In this document: positions 1 through 10,595 of the stretch, piece by piece
How positions within the stretch are numbered: the first letter of the stretch is position 1
Layout of the letters: each line of letters starts with the position of its first letter
Assembly: GCA_035389045.1 (NCBI GenBank)
Contig: DAOORA010000003.1
Span: 1 to 64,000, forward strand
Source of the DNA: Bacteroidales bacterium
Lineage (GTDB): Bacteria > Bacteroidota > Bacteroidia > Bacteroidales > CAIWKO01
DNA: 64,000 nucleotides
Direction: 5' to 3'
Translations under genes and position numbers: made by a program
Notes under the pieces: generated by a model
What the model was told of the DNA's origin: nothing
Databases searched by the model: none
The model's input: only the letters and a program-made list of their open reading frames with translations

Positions 1-149
1 AAAAAATCGGACTTTCATTAAGTTAATATAATACGTAATTTTTTCCAAGTTAGGGATTAAACATCGTGAACGGCAAATTGGTAATGCAATGACACCCGGC
101 ATCCCCGGCTACACAAACAATAGAATCAAAAAATATATATAATTAACAA

Positions 150-1850
150 CTATTTCGGAGGCTGCCAGGAACCTTTAAGTCCAACAGTCCTGTTAAAAAC
201 AATCTTGTTGTCTGTCGAATCGGGATCCACGCAAAAATAACCCACCCGTTCAAATTGTACCTTGTCGCCTTTTTTAAGGTTTTTCACCAAAGGTTCGGCA
301 AAACAAGGCTGTACCTTCAGCGAATCCGGGTTGAGGTTCGACTTAAAATCTTCGCCTTCGGCCACATCTTCGGGATTTTCTTTCAGAAACAGCTTATCAT
401 AAAGACGGGCTTCCGCCTCAACGGCATGTGCCGCCGACACCCAGTGTATGGTCGCTTTCACCTTGCGGTTGCTGTCGGGCATGCCGCTGCGGGTGTTGGC
501 GTCGTAAGTGCAATGTATTTCTTTGATATGGCCGGATTCATCTTTTACAACATTTTCGCAACGTATGATATAGGCATACTTCAGGCGTACCTCGTTGCCC
601 GGGTAAAGACGAAAATATTTGTGTGCCGGCACTTCCATGAAATCTTCCTGTTCGATATACAGTTCCCGGGTGAAGGGCACCTTGCGCATTCCGGCATCCG
701 GGTTTTCGGGGTTGTTTACGGCATCCATTTCTTCGGTCTTGCCTTCCGGATAGTTGGTAAGCACAAGTTTTACCGGATTTACCACGGCCATCACCCTTGC
801 GGCCCTTTTGTTCAGGTCTTCGCGCAGGCAGTGTTCCAGCAGCGAAACATCAATTACGTTGTCGCGCTTGGCTACACCGATGATCTCGGCAAAATTCTGC
901 AATGCTCCGGGCGTATATCCCCGCCGCCGCAGCCCGCAGATGGTCGGCATGCGCGGGTCGTCCCAGCCGTTCACATATTTTTCCTGAACCAGCGTGAGCA
1001 GTTTGCGTTTGCTCATCACGGTATAGTTGACATTCAGGCGGGCAAACTCGATCTGCTGCGGGGCGTAGATCTCCAGCTCTTTGATGAACCAGTCGTAGAG
1101 CGGGCGGTGGACTTCAAACTCCAGCGTACAGATGGAATGGGTGATGCGCTCAATAGAATCGCATTGCCCGTGGGCAAAATCGTACATCGGGTAAATGCAC
1201 CAGTCATTTCCGGTGCGGTGATGCTCGGCATGTAAAATACGATATAATATGGGATCGCGCATGAGCATATTTGTGGAAGCCATATCTATTCTGGCTCTCA
1301 GCACCTTCGAACCGTCGGGAAATTCACCTTTGCGCATACGTTCAAAAAGTTCCGCATTTTCTTCTATGCTGCGGTTGCGGTAAGGGCTTTCGACGCCGGG
1401 TTTAGTGATGGTACCCCGCATTTCCCCGATTTCTTCCTGGGTCAGATCGCAAACATAAGCCTTGCCCTTACGGATCAGCATCATAGCATAATCATACAAG
1501 GTCTCAAAATAATCCGAAGCATAATACTCACCGTCCCAGTTGAATCCGAGCCACCTGACGTCTTCCTTTATAGAATCCACATATTCGGTGTCTTCTTTGG
1601 TGGGATTGGTGTCGTCGAAACGCAGGTTGCATTTGCCGCCGTATTTTTTGGCGAGGCCGAAATTCAGGCAGATGGATTTGGCATGGCCTATGTGCAGGTA
1701 TCCGTTAGGTTCGGGCGGGAATCGTGTATGTACGCGCTTTTCATTTTTTCCCTTTGAGATATCTTCTTCGATGATCTGTTCAATAAAATTCAGCGATTTG
1801 CCTTCTCCTGAAGGCGCCTCGTTTTTTGCTTGATGGTTGTTGGCTTCCAT
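150..1850 (-). CDS. glnS: glutamine--tRNA ligase
   Basis: [17 protein letters not shown] (HIGH) and MSKR (KMSKS-equivalent) class I motifs; typical GlnRS length. Confidence 0.97.
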   Translation of the reverse strand: MEANNHQAKNEAPSGEGKSLNFIEQIIEEDISKGKNEKRVHTRFPPEPNGYLHIGHAKSICLNFGLAKKYGGKCNLRFDDTNPTKEDTEYVDSIKEDVRWLGFNWDGEYYASDYFETLYDYAMMLIRKGKAYVCDLTQEEIGEMRGTITKPGVESPYRNRSIEENAELFERMRKGEFPDGSKVLRARIDMASTNMLMRDPILYRILHAEHHRTGNDWCIYPMYDFAHGQCDSIERITHSICTLEFEVHRPLYDWFIKELEIYAPQQIEFARLNVNYTVMSKRKLLTLVQEKYVNGWDDPRMPTICGLRRRGYTPGALQNFAEIIGVAKRDNVIDVSLLEHCLREDLNKRAARVMAVVNPVKLVLTNYPEGKTEEMDAVNNPENPDAGMRKVPFTRELYIEQEDFMEVPAHKYFRLYPGNEVRLKYAYIIRCENVVKDESGHIKEIHCTYDANTRSGMPDSNRKVKATIHWVSAAHAVEAEARLYDKLFLKENPEDVAEGEDFKSNLNPDSLKVQPCFAEPLVKNLKKGDKVQFERVGYFCVDPDSTDNKIVFNRTVGLKGSWQPPK

Positions 1851-1872
1851 GGATGGTTTTTCTTAAAGGGTA

Positions 1873-1910
1873 CAAAAGTAATCATTTGCTCTGTTTTTTG
1901 GCTAATTTTG
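1873..1910. promoter_or_regulatory. divergent Bacteroidota -7 promoter elements for glnS (TACTTTTG, minus, 1873-1880) and folB (TAATTTTG, plus, 1903-1910)
   Basis: both match the TAnnTTTG consensus, 22-23 bp upstream of the respective start codons. Confidence 0.6.
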
Positions 1911-1932
1911 CCTTTTCAAATTTTTTACCACT

Positions 1933-2283
1933 ATGGGACGGATCATCCTCGAAGATATGGAGTTTTATGCCTACCACGGCTGTTTTGCCGAAGAACAGGT
2001 CATTGGCGGCAGATTCCTGGTGACTGTGAAAATCGACACGGAAACAACGATAGCCGAACAAACAGACGATATTTCGGGAACCATTAATTATCAGGAAGTA
2101 TATGCGCTGATTAAAAAAGAAATGGCCGTCAAATCAAAACTTCTGGAACATGTAACTTCGCGTATTGCCTGTGCCGTAAAAGAGCATTTCCCTGCGGTAC
2201 ACAAAATTTCGGTGAAAGTAACCAAGACCAACCCGCCGGTAGGCGGAAAAATGGCCGGAGTAAGCGTGAGCATCAAAAAATAA
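1933..2283 (+). CDS. folB: dihydroneopterin aldolase
   Basis: FYAYHGCFAEEQVIG, DDISGTINY, LLE and KTNPP motifs; 116 aa. Confidence 0.95.
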   Translation: MGRIILEDMEFYAYHGCFAEEQVIGGRFLVTVKIDTETTIAEQTDDISGTINYQEVYALIKKEMAVKSKLLEHVTSRIACAVKEHFPAVHKISVKVTKTNPPVGGKMAGVSVSIKK

Positions 2284-2320
2284 GCCGGGCCCTGCGATAT
2301 ACGAACCATCCTCAAAAACC

Positions 2321-3478
2321 ATGAAAAACCCTGCTATGCTTGTTTTTTTTATCATTGTCTTCATCGTTCATTTTCTTGTAAATTTTTATATCTTCATCCG
2401 CGGATGGCAATCTCTTTCGGTGTTTCCGGCTGTCAGGCCTTATTATCTGGCATTGTTTGTCCTGCTGTTTTTATCATACATACTGGCACGGGTTCTTGAA
2501 AAATATATCGGGTTTTCTGTTGCCGGAGTTTTTAACTGGATAGGATCATTCTGGTTCGCAGCCATGCTGTATTTTTTCCTGTTTATTCTTGTCATTGATA
2601 TAGCCCGCCTGCTGGATCATTGGTTTCATTTCTTTCCGGATGTTATTACCGCAAACTATGCCAGGACCAAATTCATCACCATGATATTTACCATGGGGCT
2701 GGTGATGGTTCTGATAGCGTATGGCTTCATCAATGCCTCTGTCGTGAGGATAACCCGACTTCAACTACAGGTCGAAAAAGAAGCGGGTACATTGAAAAGC
2801 CTTCGTGCTGTGGTGCTTTCGGATATTCACCTGGGCACCGTCATTGGTGCAAAAAAACTCGGAAACATTGTTAAAAAAGTCAATGAACTTTCGCCCGATA
2901 TCGTCCTGCTGGCCGGGGATGTTGTTGATGAGAACATTAAGCATGTTATTAAACAAAACCTTGGCATTCATCTGGAAAACATAAAATCAAAATACGGCGT
3001 TTATGCTGTTACGGGTAACCATGAATTTATCGGAGGTGTCGGGCCTGCGGTGTCGTATCTCGAAAAACATAACGTTCATTTTTTGAGGGATACTGCAATA
3101 TTGATCAATAATTCTTTCTGGATCGTTGGCCGTAACGATAAAGATATGCCGCGTTTTAACGGAAAGTCAAGAAAAGCAATAGAAACACTGATGGCGGATG
3201 TGGATAAAAAATTCCCTGTCATTTTGCTCGACCACCAGCCTTTTTTCCTGGAAAATTCGGCAGAAACCGGTGTGGATATTCAATTTTCGGGACACACACA
3301 TAACGGACAGATGTTTCCACTCAACCTGATCACCCGTGGAATCTACCATCCGGACTGGGGATACAGAAGGATTGGGAACACCCATTTTTATGTTTCCTGC
3401 GGGGTGGGAACCTGGGGCCCACCGGTGCGTATAGGTAATTATCCCGAAATTATTAATGCTGAAATCTTATTCAAATAA
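2321..3478 (+). CDS. membrane-anchored metallophosphoesterase (YkuE/YaeI-like)
   Basis: N-terminal TM helices; DIHLG, GDVVD, GNHE and SGHTH calcineurin-like motifs; GTWGPPVR. Confidence 0.9.
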   Translation: MKNPAMLVFFIIVFIVHFLVNFYIFIRGWQSLSVFPAVRPYYLALFVLLFLSYILARVLEKYIGFSVAGVFNWIGSFWFAAMLYFFLFILVIDIARLLDHWFHFFPDVITANYARTKFITMIFTMGLVMVLIAYGFINASVVRITRLQLQVEKEAGTLKSLRAVVLSDIHLGTVIGAKKLGNIVKKVNELSPDIVLLAGDVVDENIKHVIKQNLGIHLENIKSKYGVYAVTGNHEFIGGVGPAVSYLEKHNVHFLRDTAILINNSFWIVGRNDKDMPRFNGKSRKAIETLMADVDKKFPVILLDHQPFFLENSAETGVDIQFSGHTHNGQMFPLNLITRGIYHPDWGYRRIGNTHFYVSCGVGTWGPPVRIGNYPEIINAEILFK

Positions 3479-3523
3479 TATAACAATCATAATTTATCTA
3501 ACTTTGTCGAAATTCTTTAATAA

Positions 3524-4570
3524 ATGAATACACAGGAAGCTCTGATGTTTGCGCTTTTTAATGTTTTCGTGCTTACCATGCTTTTTATTGACCTGAAGGT
3601 AATTGGCGGCAAAAGCCATGAAGTAAAATTCAAAGAAGCAGCCTTATGGTCACTTTTAATCATTGTATTAGCTATCGGGTTTTATTTTCTGATACGTATT
3701 CATGGCGAATGGGTACATGGCATTACAAGTATAGAGGACATACAGACCCGGATTGACAAATATCATCAGCCTGTGGATATCTCGGGATTATCCTACGAAG
3801 ATGCACTTACCCTTTATAAAAACAACCTTTCGCTGGAATATATTACCGGATATATCATAGAATTATCCCTCTCCGTAGATAATCTGTTTGTAATGATCAT
3901 GATTTTCTATGCTTTTGGCGTTCAGAAAAAATATTACAAAGAGGTTCTTTTCTGGGGAATACTTGGCGCGTTAGTCATGCGTTTTATTTTTATTTTTGGT
4001 GCAGCGGCTGTTATTAACCGTTTTGAATGGGTGCTTTATATTTTCGGGGCATTTCTTTTGTACACCGGTATAAAAATGTTCCTCGACCGTAATAAAAGAG
4101 AAAAAAAAATAGACATCGGCAAACATCCGATGGTTCGGTTTGCTTCAAAATATCTGAGGGTATACCCGAAATATGTAGGTAACCATTTTTATATCCGGAA
4201 ACCGGGAAGAAAGTTTTATTTTACCCCACTGTTTATTGTTGTGCTCGTCATTGAATTTACTGATGTTATTTTTGCCACCGATTCGGTACCTGCCATTTTT
4301 TCAATTACAAAAGATCCTTATATTGTATTTTTTTCAAATATCTTCGCCATACTTGGCCTGAGGTCACTGTTTTTTGTGTTACTGAACTTCCTGAACAGGT
4401 TTCACTATCTGAAACATGGCCTGGCAGTTTTACTGACTTTTATCGGCTTGAAACTCATTCTGGACCACTGGCTCAAAGAATGGGGGTTTACTACCACACA
4501 TTCGCTGATCGTCGTGCTGGGTGTTTTAGCCATCAGCATGATGGCCTCCATCATTTTTCCCAAAAAATGA
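3524..4570 (+). CDS. TerC/Alx family membrane protein
   Basis: ELSLSVDNLFV, FWGILGALVMR and DVIFATDSVPAI motifs; TAACTTTG -7 element at 3499-3506. Confidence 0.92.
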   Translation: MNTQEALMFALFNVFVLTMLFIDLKVIGGKSHEVKFKEAALWSLLIIVLAIGFYFLIRIHGEWVHGITSIEDIQTRIDKYHQPVDISGLSYEDALTLYKNNLSLEYITGYIIELSLSVDNLFVMIMIFYAFGVQKKYYKEVLFWGILGALVMRFIFIFGAAAVINRFEWVLYIFGAFLLYTGIKMFLDRNKREKKIDIGKHPMVRFASKYLRVYPKYVGNHFYIRKPGRKFYFTPLFIVVLVIEFTDVIFATDSVPAIFSITKDPYIVFFSNIFAILGLRSLFFVLLNFLNRFHYLKHGLAVLLTFIGLKLILDHWLKEWGFTTTHSLIVVLGVLAISMMASIIFPKK

Positions 4571-4678
4571 TTATTTTTGAAATGCGTAAAATAACATCAT
4601 AAAAACCAATATTTGTTGCAATTTTTAAAATATTTTGTATTTTTACAGTTCCTTATTTAATAATAAAAATATCAAATC

Positions 4679-6136
4679 ATGAAAAAACTATCTGCTCTTT
4701 GTTTAATTTTCATTGCGCTTGCATTCATCAGTAATGCACAGACTGAAGATAGAAAATGGAGTATCGGGATTCACGGCGGATTAAACCAATACAACGGCGA
4801 TCTTGGTTTTGGTTTTTATCGTTTCGATAAAGGCCTCTATGGATTCGGACAACTAAGTTTCTCTCGTTATATTAACCGTTTTCTTGATGTTTCACTGGTG
4901 GGTAATTATGGAACCATGGGATACAGCAACGGTGTGAAATCTTTTAAAAATAATATGCTGCATTTAAACCTTAATTTCCGGCTGAAATTCATCGGCAACG
5001 ATAAGCATAAGGTTTCGCCCTACATCTTTGCAGGGCTTGGATACATGAATTTCAGAACCACAGCACGGTCAATTAATAATGCAGCCCGGCCCGTTTGCGG
5101 TTTCGGCGCCACATTCCGCTTAGCTCCTGTGATTAGTCTGCAATTACAGGAATCATTTATTTTCAGCGATTACGATAAGGTAGATGGGCAGGTCGGCTGG
5201 AAACGATACAACGATAATTACCTGCAGCACAGCCTGGGCGTGTTATTCAATTTCGGAAAAGCCAAAGATACCGATAAAGACGGTATCCCCGATAAAAAAG
5301 ACAAGTGTCCTACAGTTTTCGGTCTGGCGCAGTTCGATGGGTGCCCCGATACAGACAAAGATGGTGTAGCAGATGCCACCGACCAGTGCCCGGGAACTCC
5401 CGAAGGCGTAAAAGTTGATGCAAAAGGCTGCCCGCTGGATACCGACGGTGACGGTATTGCCGATTACCTCGATAAATGTCCCGACGTAAAAGGCATTGCC
5501 AAATTCGAAGGATGCCCCGATACCGATAACGACGGCGTAGCTGATGCTGATGACCAGTGCCCGAATACACCCGCCAACGTAAAAGTGGATACAAAAGGCT
5601 GTCCCCTTGACACCGACGGTGATGGTATTGCCGATTACCTGGATAAATGTCCCGATATTAAAGGTCTTGCCCAGTTCGATGGATGCCCCGACAAGGACGG
5701 TGATGGTATTCCCGATTACTTAGATAAATGCCCCGATGTGAAAGGTATTCCCGAAAACAAAGGATGTCCCGAAGTAAAAGCTGAAGTAAAGGAAGTATTC
5801 CGTAAGGCTTTGCAGGGTATTCAGTTCGAAACAGCAAAGGATGTTATCCGCCCTGTCTCATTCCCTATCCTTGACAATGTGGTCACGATCATGAAAGAAA
5901 ACAAAGAATACAACCTGCTCATCAACGGACATACCGATAATGTCGGTAACGATGAATCCAATATGGATCTGTCGAACAGACGTGCGGCCTCCGTGAAGAA
6001 ATATCTTATCGAGCACGGTGTGGAAGCTACCCGCCTGAAATCATTCGGCTATGGTGAAACCAAACCGGTGGATGATAATAATACCACTGCCGGCCGCGCC
6101 AAGAACCGCCGTGTGGAATTCGTTGTAGAATTCTGA
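4679..6136 (+). CDS. OmpA family outer membrane protein (beta-barrel, thrombospondin type 3-like DxDxDG repeats, OmpA_C), copy 1
   Basis: signal peptide; repeated CPDxDGDG..D..DKCP; GHTDNVG...NRRVEF. Confidence 0.92.
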   Translation: MKKLSALCLIFIALAFISNAQTEDRKWSIGIHGGLNQYNGDLGFGFYRFDKGLYGFGQLSFSRYINRFLDVSLVGNYGTMGYSNGVKSFKNNMLHLNLNFRLKFIGNDKHKVSPYIFAGLGYMNFRTTARSINNAARPVCGFGATFRLAPVISLQLQESFIFSDYDKVDGQVGWKRYNDNYLQHSLGVLFNFGKAKDTDKDGIPDKKDKCPTVFGLAQFDGCPDTDKDGVADATDQCPGTPEGVKVDAKGCPLDTDGDGIADYLDKCPDVKGIAKFEGCPDTDNDGVADADDQCPNTPANVKVDTKGCPLDTDGDGIADYLDKCPDIKGLAQFDGCPDKDGDGIPDYLDKCPDVKGIPENKGCPEVKAEVKEVFRKALQGIQFETAKDVIRPVSFPILDNVVTIMKENKEYNLLINGHTDNVGNDESNMDLSNRRAASVKKYLIEHGVEATRLKSFGYGETKPVDDNNTTAGRAKNRRVEFVVEF

Positions 6137-6150
6137 TAATCTTATTTTTT

Positions 6151-6183
6151 AAAAAAGGCTGACTATCGTCAGCCTTTTTTTTT
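6151..6183 (+). terminator. rho-independent terminator
   Basis: AAAAAAGGCTGAC-TATC-GTCAGCCTTTTTTTTT perfect hairpin with U tract. Confidence 0.85.
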
Positions 6184-6402
6184 GATCCAACCCCAACACC
6201 CTTAAAACTATTGGCGGCAACGGCTACACGGCTCACGGCAGCATAAGCCTTTCGCATCCCGCAGGAGCTCCTGAAAAGCAGCAGTAATGCCACTTTCAGC
6301 CAAAAAGTCACAGGTAGGTAATAAATATTCGATATGTTTTCATATCCTGTCTTGTATAAATTTTAGTACTTTTGTGCACTTAATTTAAATAAACTTTAAC
6401 TC

Positions 6403-7863
6403 ATGAAAAAAATTCTTGTTCTGTGTCTGATTATTTTTGCCTGCATCTCCGGCATTAATGCACAAACAGCCGATAGAAAATGGAGTGTGGGGATCAACGG
6501 AGGTTCAACGCAATACTGGGGTGACCGGGGGCACGGTTTTTACAGATTCGATAAAGGTTTTTATGGTTTCGGCGGATTATCGGTTTCGCGTTACCTCTGC
6601 AACTTTTTTGATATTGTATTGCAAGGAAATTATGGCGGTATTGGTTATTCCAAATCAATGAACAATAACTTTCATTCTTCGCTGATCTTTTCTGATTTAA
6701 CAGCACGTTTTAAATTCCTGGGTAACGATAAAGCCAAACTTTCGCCTTATATCTTTTTTGGCATAGGATACATGCATTTTAAAGACATAAATACTGGTGA
6801 GACCTGGGACAATCTTGCTTTGCCATCATGCGGTATAGGACTTACTTACCACGTTCTCCCCTATCTCGACCTGCGTTTTCAGGAAAAATATATTTATTCG
6901 AATTACGACAAGGTGGATCACCTCGCACATAAAGATGATGACAGCTATCTGCAACACGATCTCAGCGTGTCATTTAATTTCGGCAAATCTAAAGATTCTG
7001 ATAAGGATGGCATCGCCGACAAGAACGACAAATGCCCTGATGTAAAAGGCCTGCTGAAATTCGACGGCTGTCCGGATTCCGATAACGACGGAGTGACTGA
7101 TGCCGAAGATGCCTGTCCCGGCACACCCGAAAAAGTTAAAGTGGACGCCAAAGGGTGCCCGCTCGATACCGATGGCGATGGTATTGCCGACTACCTTGAT
7201 AAATGCCCTGAAGTGAAAGGTCTTGCCAGATTCGAAGGTTGTCCCGATACCGATAACGATGGTGTAGTGGATGCTGGCGATCAATGCCCCAACACTCCTG
7301 CCGGGGTGAAAGTTGATTTAAAGGGTTGCCCGCTGGATACTGACGGCGATGGCATTGCTGATTACCTGGATAAATGCCCCGAAGTAAAAGGTCTTGCCAA
7401 TTTAGATGGTTGCCCGGATAAAGACGGCGACGGCATACCCGATTATCTTGATAAATGTCCCGAAGTAAAAGGTATACCCGCAAACAAAGGATGTCCCGAA
7501 GTAAAGCAGGAGGTAAAGGAAATATTCAGAAAGGCATTACAGGGTATACAGTTTGAAACCGGAAAAGATGTTATCCGGCCTGTTTCTTTCCCTATCCTTA
7601 ACAACGTAGTACAAATCATGAAAGAAAACAAAGAATACAACCTCCTCATCAACGGACATACCGACAACGTAGGCGATGACCAGTCGAACATGGTTTTGTC
7701 GCAAAAACGCGCCGATGCCGTAAAAGCTTACCTCATAAAAAATGGTATAGATGCTAACCGTATGAAAGCATTCGGTTATGGCGAAACCAAGCCGGTGGAC
7801 GATAACAATACCCCTGCCGGCCGCGCTAAAAACAGACGTGTTGAGTTTGTGGTTGAATTTTAA
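6403..7863 (+). CDS. OmpA family outer membrane protein with TSP3-like repeats, copy 2
   Basis: same architecture as copy 1; own TACTTTTG -7 element at 6367-6374. Confidence 0.92.
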   Translation: MKKILVLCLIIFACISGINAQTADRKWSVGINGGSTQYWGDRGHGFYRFDKGFYGFGGLSVSRYLCNFFDIVLQGNYGGIGYSKSMNNNFHSSLIFSDLTARFKFLGNDKAKLSPYIFFGIGYMHFKDINTGETWDNLALPSCGIGLTYHVLPYLDLRFQEKYIYSNYDKVDHLAHKDDDSYLQHDLSVSFNFGKSKDSDKDGIADKNDKCPDVKGLLKFDGCPDSDNDGVTDAEDACPGTPEKVKVDAKGCPLDTDGDGIADYLDKCPEVKGLARFEGCPDTDNDGVVDAGDQCPNTPAGVKVDLKGCPLDTDGDGIADYLDKCPEVKGLANLDGCPDKDGDGIPDYLDKCPEVKGIPANKGCPEVKQEVKEIFRKALQGIQFETGKDVIRPVSFPILNNVVQIMKENKEYNLLINGHTDNVGDDQSNMVLSQKRADAVKAYLIKNGIDANRMKAFGYGETKPVDDNNTPAGRAKNRRVEFVVEF

Positions 7864-7957
7864 GTTACCTCTTTATGTAACAAAAAATAACAATATTCGT
7901 ATTTTATATCAGTTTCTAAAAATTTAATTATATCAATTATCTGTAAAAGTAAAAGTT

Positions 7958-9424
7958 ATGAAAAAATTAATCATTCTTTGCTTAATCGTGTTTGCTGCGG
8001 CTTATAGTTCCACTGCTCAGACAGCAGACAGAAAATGGAGTGTCGGCCTTTACGGCGGCACCAATCAATATGCCGGTGACCTCGGAAACGGTTTTTACCG
8101 TTGTGATAAGGGATTGTACGGAATGGGACAGCTAACCTTTTCCCGTTACATCAACCGCTTTTTTGATGTTTCCCTGCTTGGAAATTATGGAGTAATGGGC
8201 TATGACAAGGATATGGATTCTGTTTTCCATACTACCTTTCTTCATGGCAATATTAACATCAGACTGAAATTTTTAGGGAACGACAGTTATAAACTTTCTC
8301 CATATATTTTCGCCGGCCTGGGAGGTATGAGATTCAAGAACCTGAATAACAAATCCCAGAAATGGAATAACGCAGCAATTCCTGCCTGTGGTTTCGGCCT
8401 TACCTATCACGTTGCACCCATGATCAGCCTGCAATTTCAGGAAGCATTTATTTTTTCAGATTATGATAATGTGGATGGCGATCTCGGAAAATCATACTAC
8501 GACAATTATATGCAGCACAGCCTTGGCGTGATGTTGAATTTCGGCAAATTAAAAGATTCTGATAATGACGGCATTGCCGACAAAAATGACAAATGCCCGA
8601 CCGTAAAAGGACTGTTGAAATTCGACGGCTGCCCTGACACTGATGGTGATGGTATTGTGGATGCCGACGACGCCTGCCCCGGCACACCCGAAAAAGTTAA
8701 AGTGGACTCCAAAGGATGTCCGTTGGATACCGATGGTGATGGTATTGCTGATTATCTTGACAAATGTCCTGATGTCAAAGGTATTGCAAAACTCGAAGGA
8801 TGCCCCGATTCTGATAACGACGGCGTGGCCGACAAAGATGATAAATGTCCTTCAACACCTCCGAATGTAAAAGTAGATGCTAAAGGATGCCCGATAGATT
8901 CCGACGGTGACGGTGTGGCCGACCACCTGGATAAATGCCCGACCGTAAAAGGACCTGAAAACCTTGATGGATGCCCAGACAGAGACGGCGACGGCATCGC
9001 AGACAATATTGACAAATGCCCGGATGTAAAAGGCATTGCCGCCAATAAAGGATGTCCTGAAGTAAAGCAGGAAGTAAAGGATGTCTTCCAGAAAGCATTA
9101 CAGGGCATACAGTTTGAAACCGGAAAAGATATCATCCGTCCTGTTTCATTCCCCATCCTTAACAACGTCGCGAAAATCATGAAAGAAAACAAAGAATACA
9201 ACCTGCTCATCAACGGACATACCGACAACGTCGGGGACGACCAGTCGAACATGACCTTGTCGCAAAAACGTGCCGATGCCGTGAAAGCCTATCTTATAAA
9301 AAATGGTATTGACGCAAACCGTATGAAAGCCTTCGGTTATGGCGAAACCAAGCCGGTGGACGATAACAATACCCCTGCAGGCCGCGCCAAAAACAGACGC
9401 GTTGAGTTTGTTGTCGAGTTCTAA
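7958..9424 (+). CDS. OmpA family outer membrane protein with TSP3-like repeats, copy 3
   Basis: same architecture; C-terminal ~110 aa nearly identical to copy 2. Confidence 0.92.
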   Translation: MKKLIILCLIVFAAAYSSTAQTADRKWSVGLYGGTNQYAGDLGNGFYRCDKGLYGMGQLTFSRYINRFFDVSLLGNYGVMGYDKDMDSVFHTTFLHGNINIRLKFLGNDSYKLSPYIFAGLGGMRFKNLNNKSQKWNNAAIPACGFGLTYHVAPMISLQFQEAFIFSDYDNVDGDLGKSYYDNYMQHSLGVMLNFGKLKDSDNDGIADKNDKCPTVKGLLKFDGCPDTDGDGIVDADDACPGTPEKVKVDSKGCPLDTDGDGIADYLDKCPDVKGIAKLEGCPDSDNDGVADKDDKCPSTPPNVKVDAKGCPIDSDGDGVADHLDKCPTVKGPENLDGCPDRDGDGIADNIDKCPDVKGIAANKGCPEVKQEVKDVFQKALQGIQFETGKDIIRPVSFPILNNVAKIMKENKEYNLLINGHTDNVGDDQSNMTLSQKRADAVKAYLIKNGIDANRMKAFGYGETKPVDDNNTPAGRAKNRRVEFVVEF

Positions 9425-9441
9425 ACATTTTTAACTACCCT

Positions 9442-9478
9442 AAAATGACCTCTTTATGATTAAAGCGGTCATTTTTTT
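9442..9478 (+). terminator. rho-independent terminator
   Basis: AAAATGACC-T-CTTTA...TAAAG-C-GGTCATTTTTTT hairpin just after the ompA copy 3 stop. Confidence 0.7.
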
Positions 9479-9539
9479 GCCCTTTCCGTTCCATTCCCCC
9501 GTTCCCGTGCGATCCTGCCACGACGAATATCCTGAAGCT

Positions 9540-9742
9540 CAATAAATAAAAGATCCCATTTTTTTTCTGAGTTTGACACTTCAGAAGCCTATCTTGCTGA
9601 ATACATGACCTTTAGCAAATCCATTTTCGCACTACACACATTGGCATACCCCTTCCCTCCTTTGACAGCGAAAATCCAAAAATAACAGAAATGTTCGCGG
9701 CTTAGCATAAGCCCTTTGTGCTTCCTCCATATTTCCCTTTGA
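9540..9742 (+). repeat. left copy of ~200 bp direct repeat bounding the island
   Basis: core 9561-9728 aligns to 24416-24582 with 7 substitutions and 1 indel counted by eye. Confidence 0.95.
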
Positions 9743-10032
9743 ACCCTAAATTTTTAAGTAAAAGCATTAACAACTAATCCCGCCGGGGCAGACACAAAAT
9801 ACATACAAAGAAAATTCAAAGGAAGATTCGAACAAAATATCTTTTGAGATGCCCTCTATACAATCTCGCTCTATTATGGAAGAAGGAGTGTTAAGGAGTG
9901 AAAAAAAATACCCGCCCCGTTATCTTTTTACTGAAAAAAGAAAAAAGGCAATCTCGACTTTGAGACTACCTCTATTCTTAATGCATTTATGTATTAAAAG
10001 AAAAATGTTACCTGATTATGTTCGGAACTGGA

Positions 10033-10518
10033 TTATTTGCGCCATTCATATCGTGCATAATAGTCCGGAATTTGCGTGTCTTCATCAATTTCAATGATGG
10101 TTTCGTTGAAAACAAATAAAGTCCCGATGTAGCGTCCATCATTACCGTAGGTGTATTCATAAACACCGTTTATTGCACTTTCGTTATTCTGAATGTCAAC
10201 GGTTTTTTCAAAAGCTTTTGCGTTCTTGCCTTTTGATGATATGATCTTTTGTAGTACATACTCATTTTTGTTGCCATTTTTAAAGTACCATTTACAGAGC
10301 AATGCTCCGGTCCCGTTATCGGTCAGCACAATCTTTTCAACTTCGGTTTGAGATGAATACCATACACCAGAAAGAGTAAATTCTGGTATTTCAGGCAAAT
10401 TACTATTTGCCAAATCAACGCTTCTTGTCTGTTTTTGAGCGTTGATATTTGATGTGATTGCAAGGATTAATAAAAATGTTGCAACCATTAACTTGAAAGT
10501 TTTTTTTAATGTGTCCAT
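10033..10518 (-). CDS. hypothetical exported protein
   Basis: 161 aa ORF with signal peptide ending INA-Q; beta-rich; family not recognised. Confidence 0.75.
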   Translation of the reverse strand: MDTLKKTFKLMVATFLLILAITSNINAQKQTRSVDLANSNLPEIPEFTLSGVWYSSQTEVEKIVLTDNGTGALLCKWYFKNGNKNEYVLQKIISSKGKNAKAFEKTVDIQNNESAINGVYEYTYGNDGRYIGTLFVFNETIIEIDEDTQIPDYYARYEWRK

Positions 10519-10595
10519 AGTATAATGATTTATTTATTTTTACCTACTCTGTTATGGGTTTTCGGTTACTCCCGTTAATTGTTCGTATGACTGGT

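Noticed and set aside
255..1235. 326-aa plus-strand ORF
   Set aside because: Antisense shadow of glnS with no recognisable motifs. The same applies to the many short antisense ORFs over ompA, DUF4116, susC and the coiled-coil gene.
6184..6320. GC-richer intergenic stretch between ompA copies 1 and 2, sharing GCATAAGCC with the island repeat
   Set aside because: The match is only ~10 bp and I could not build a convincing structure or assign an RNA family
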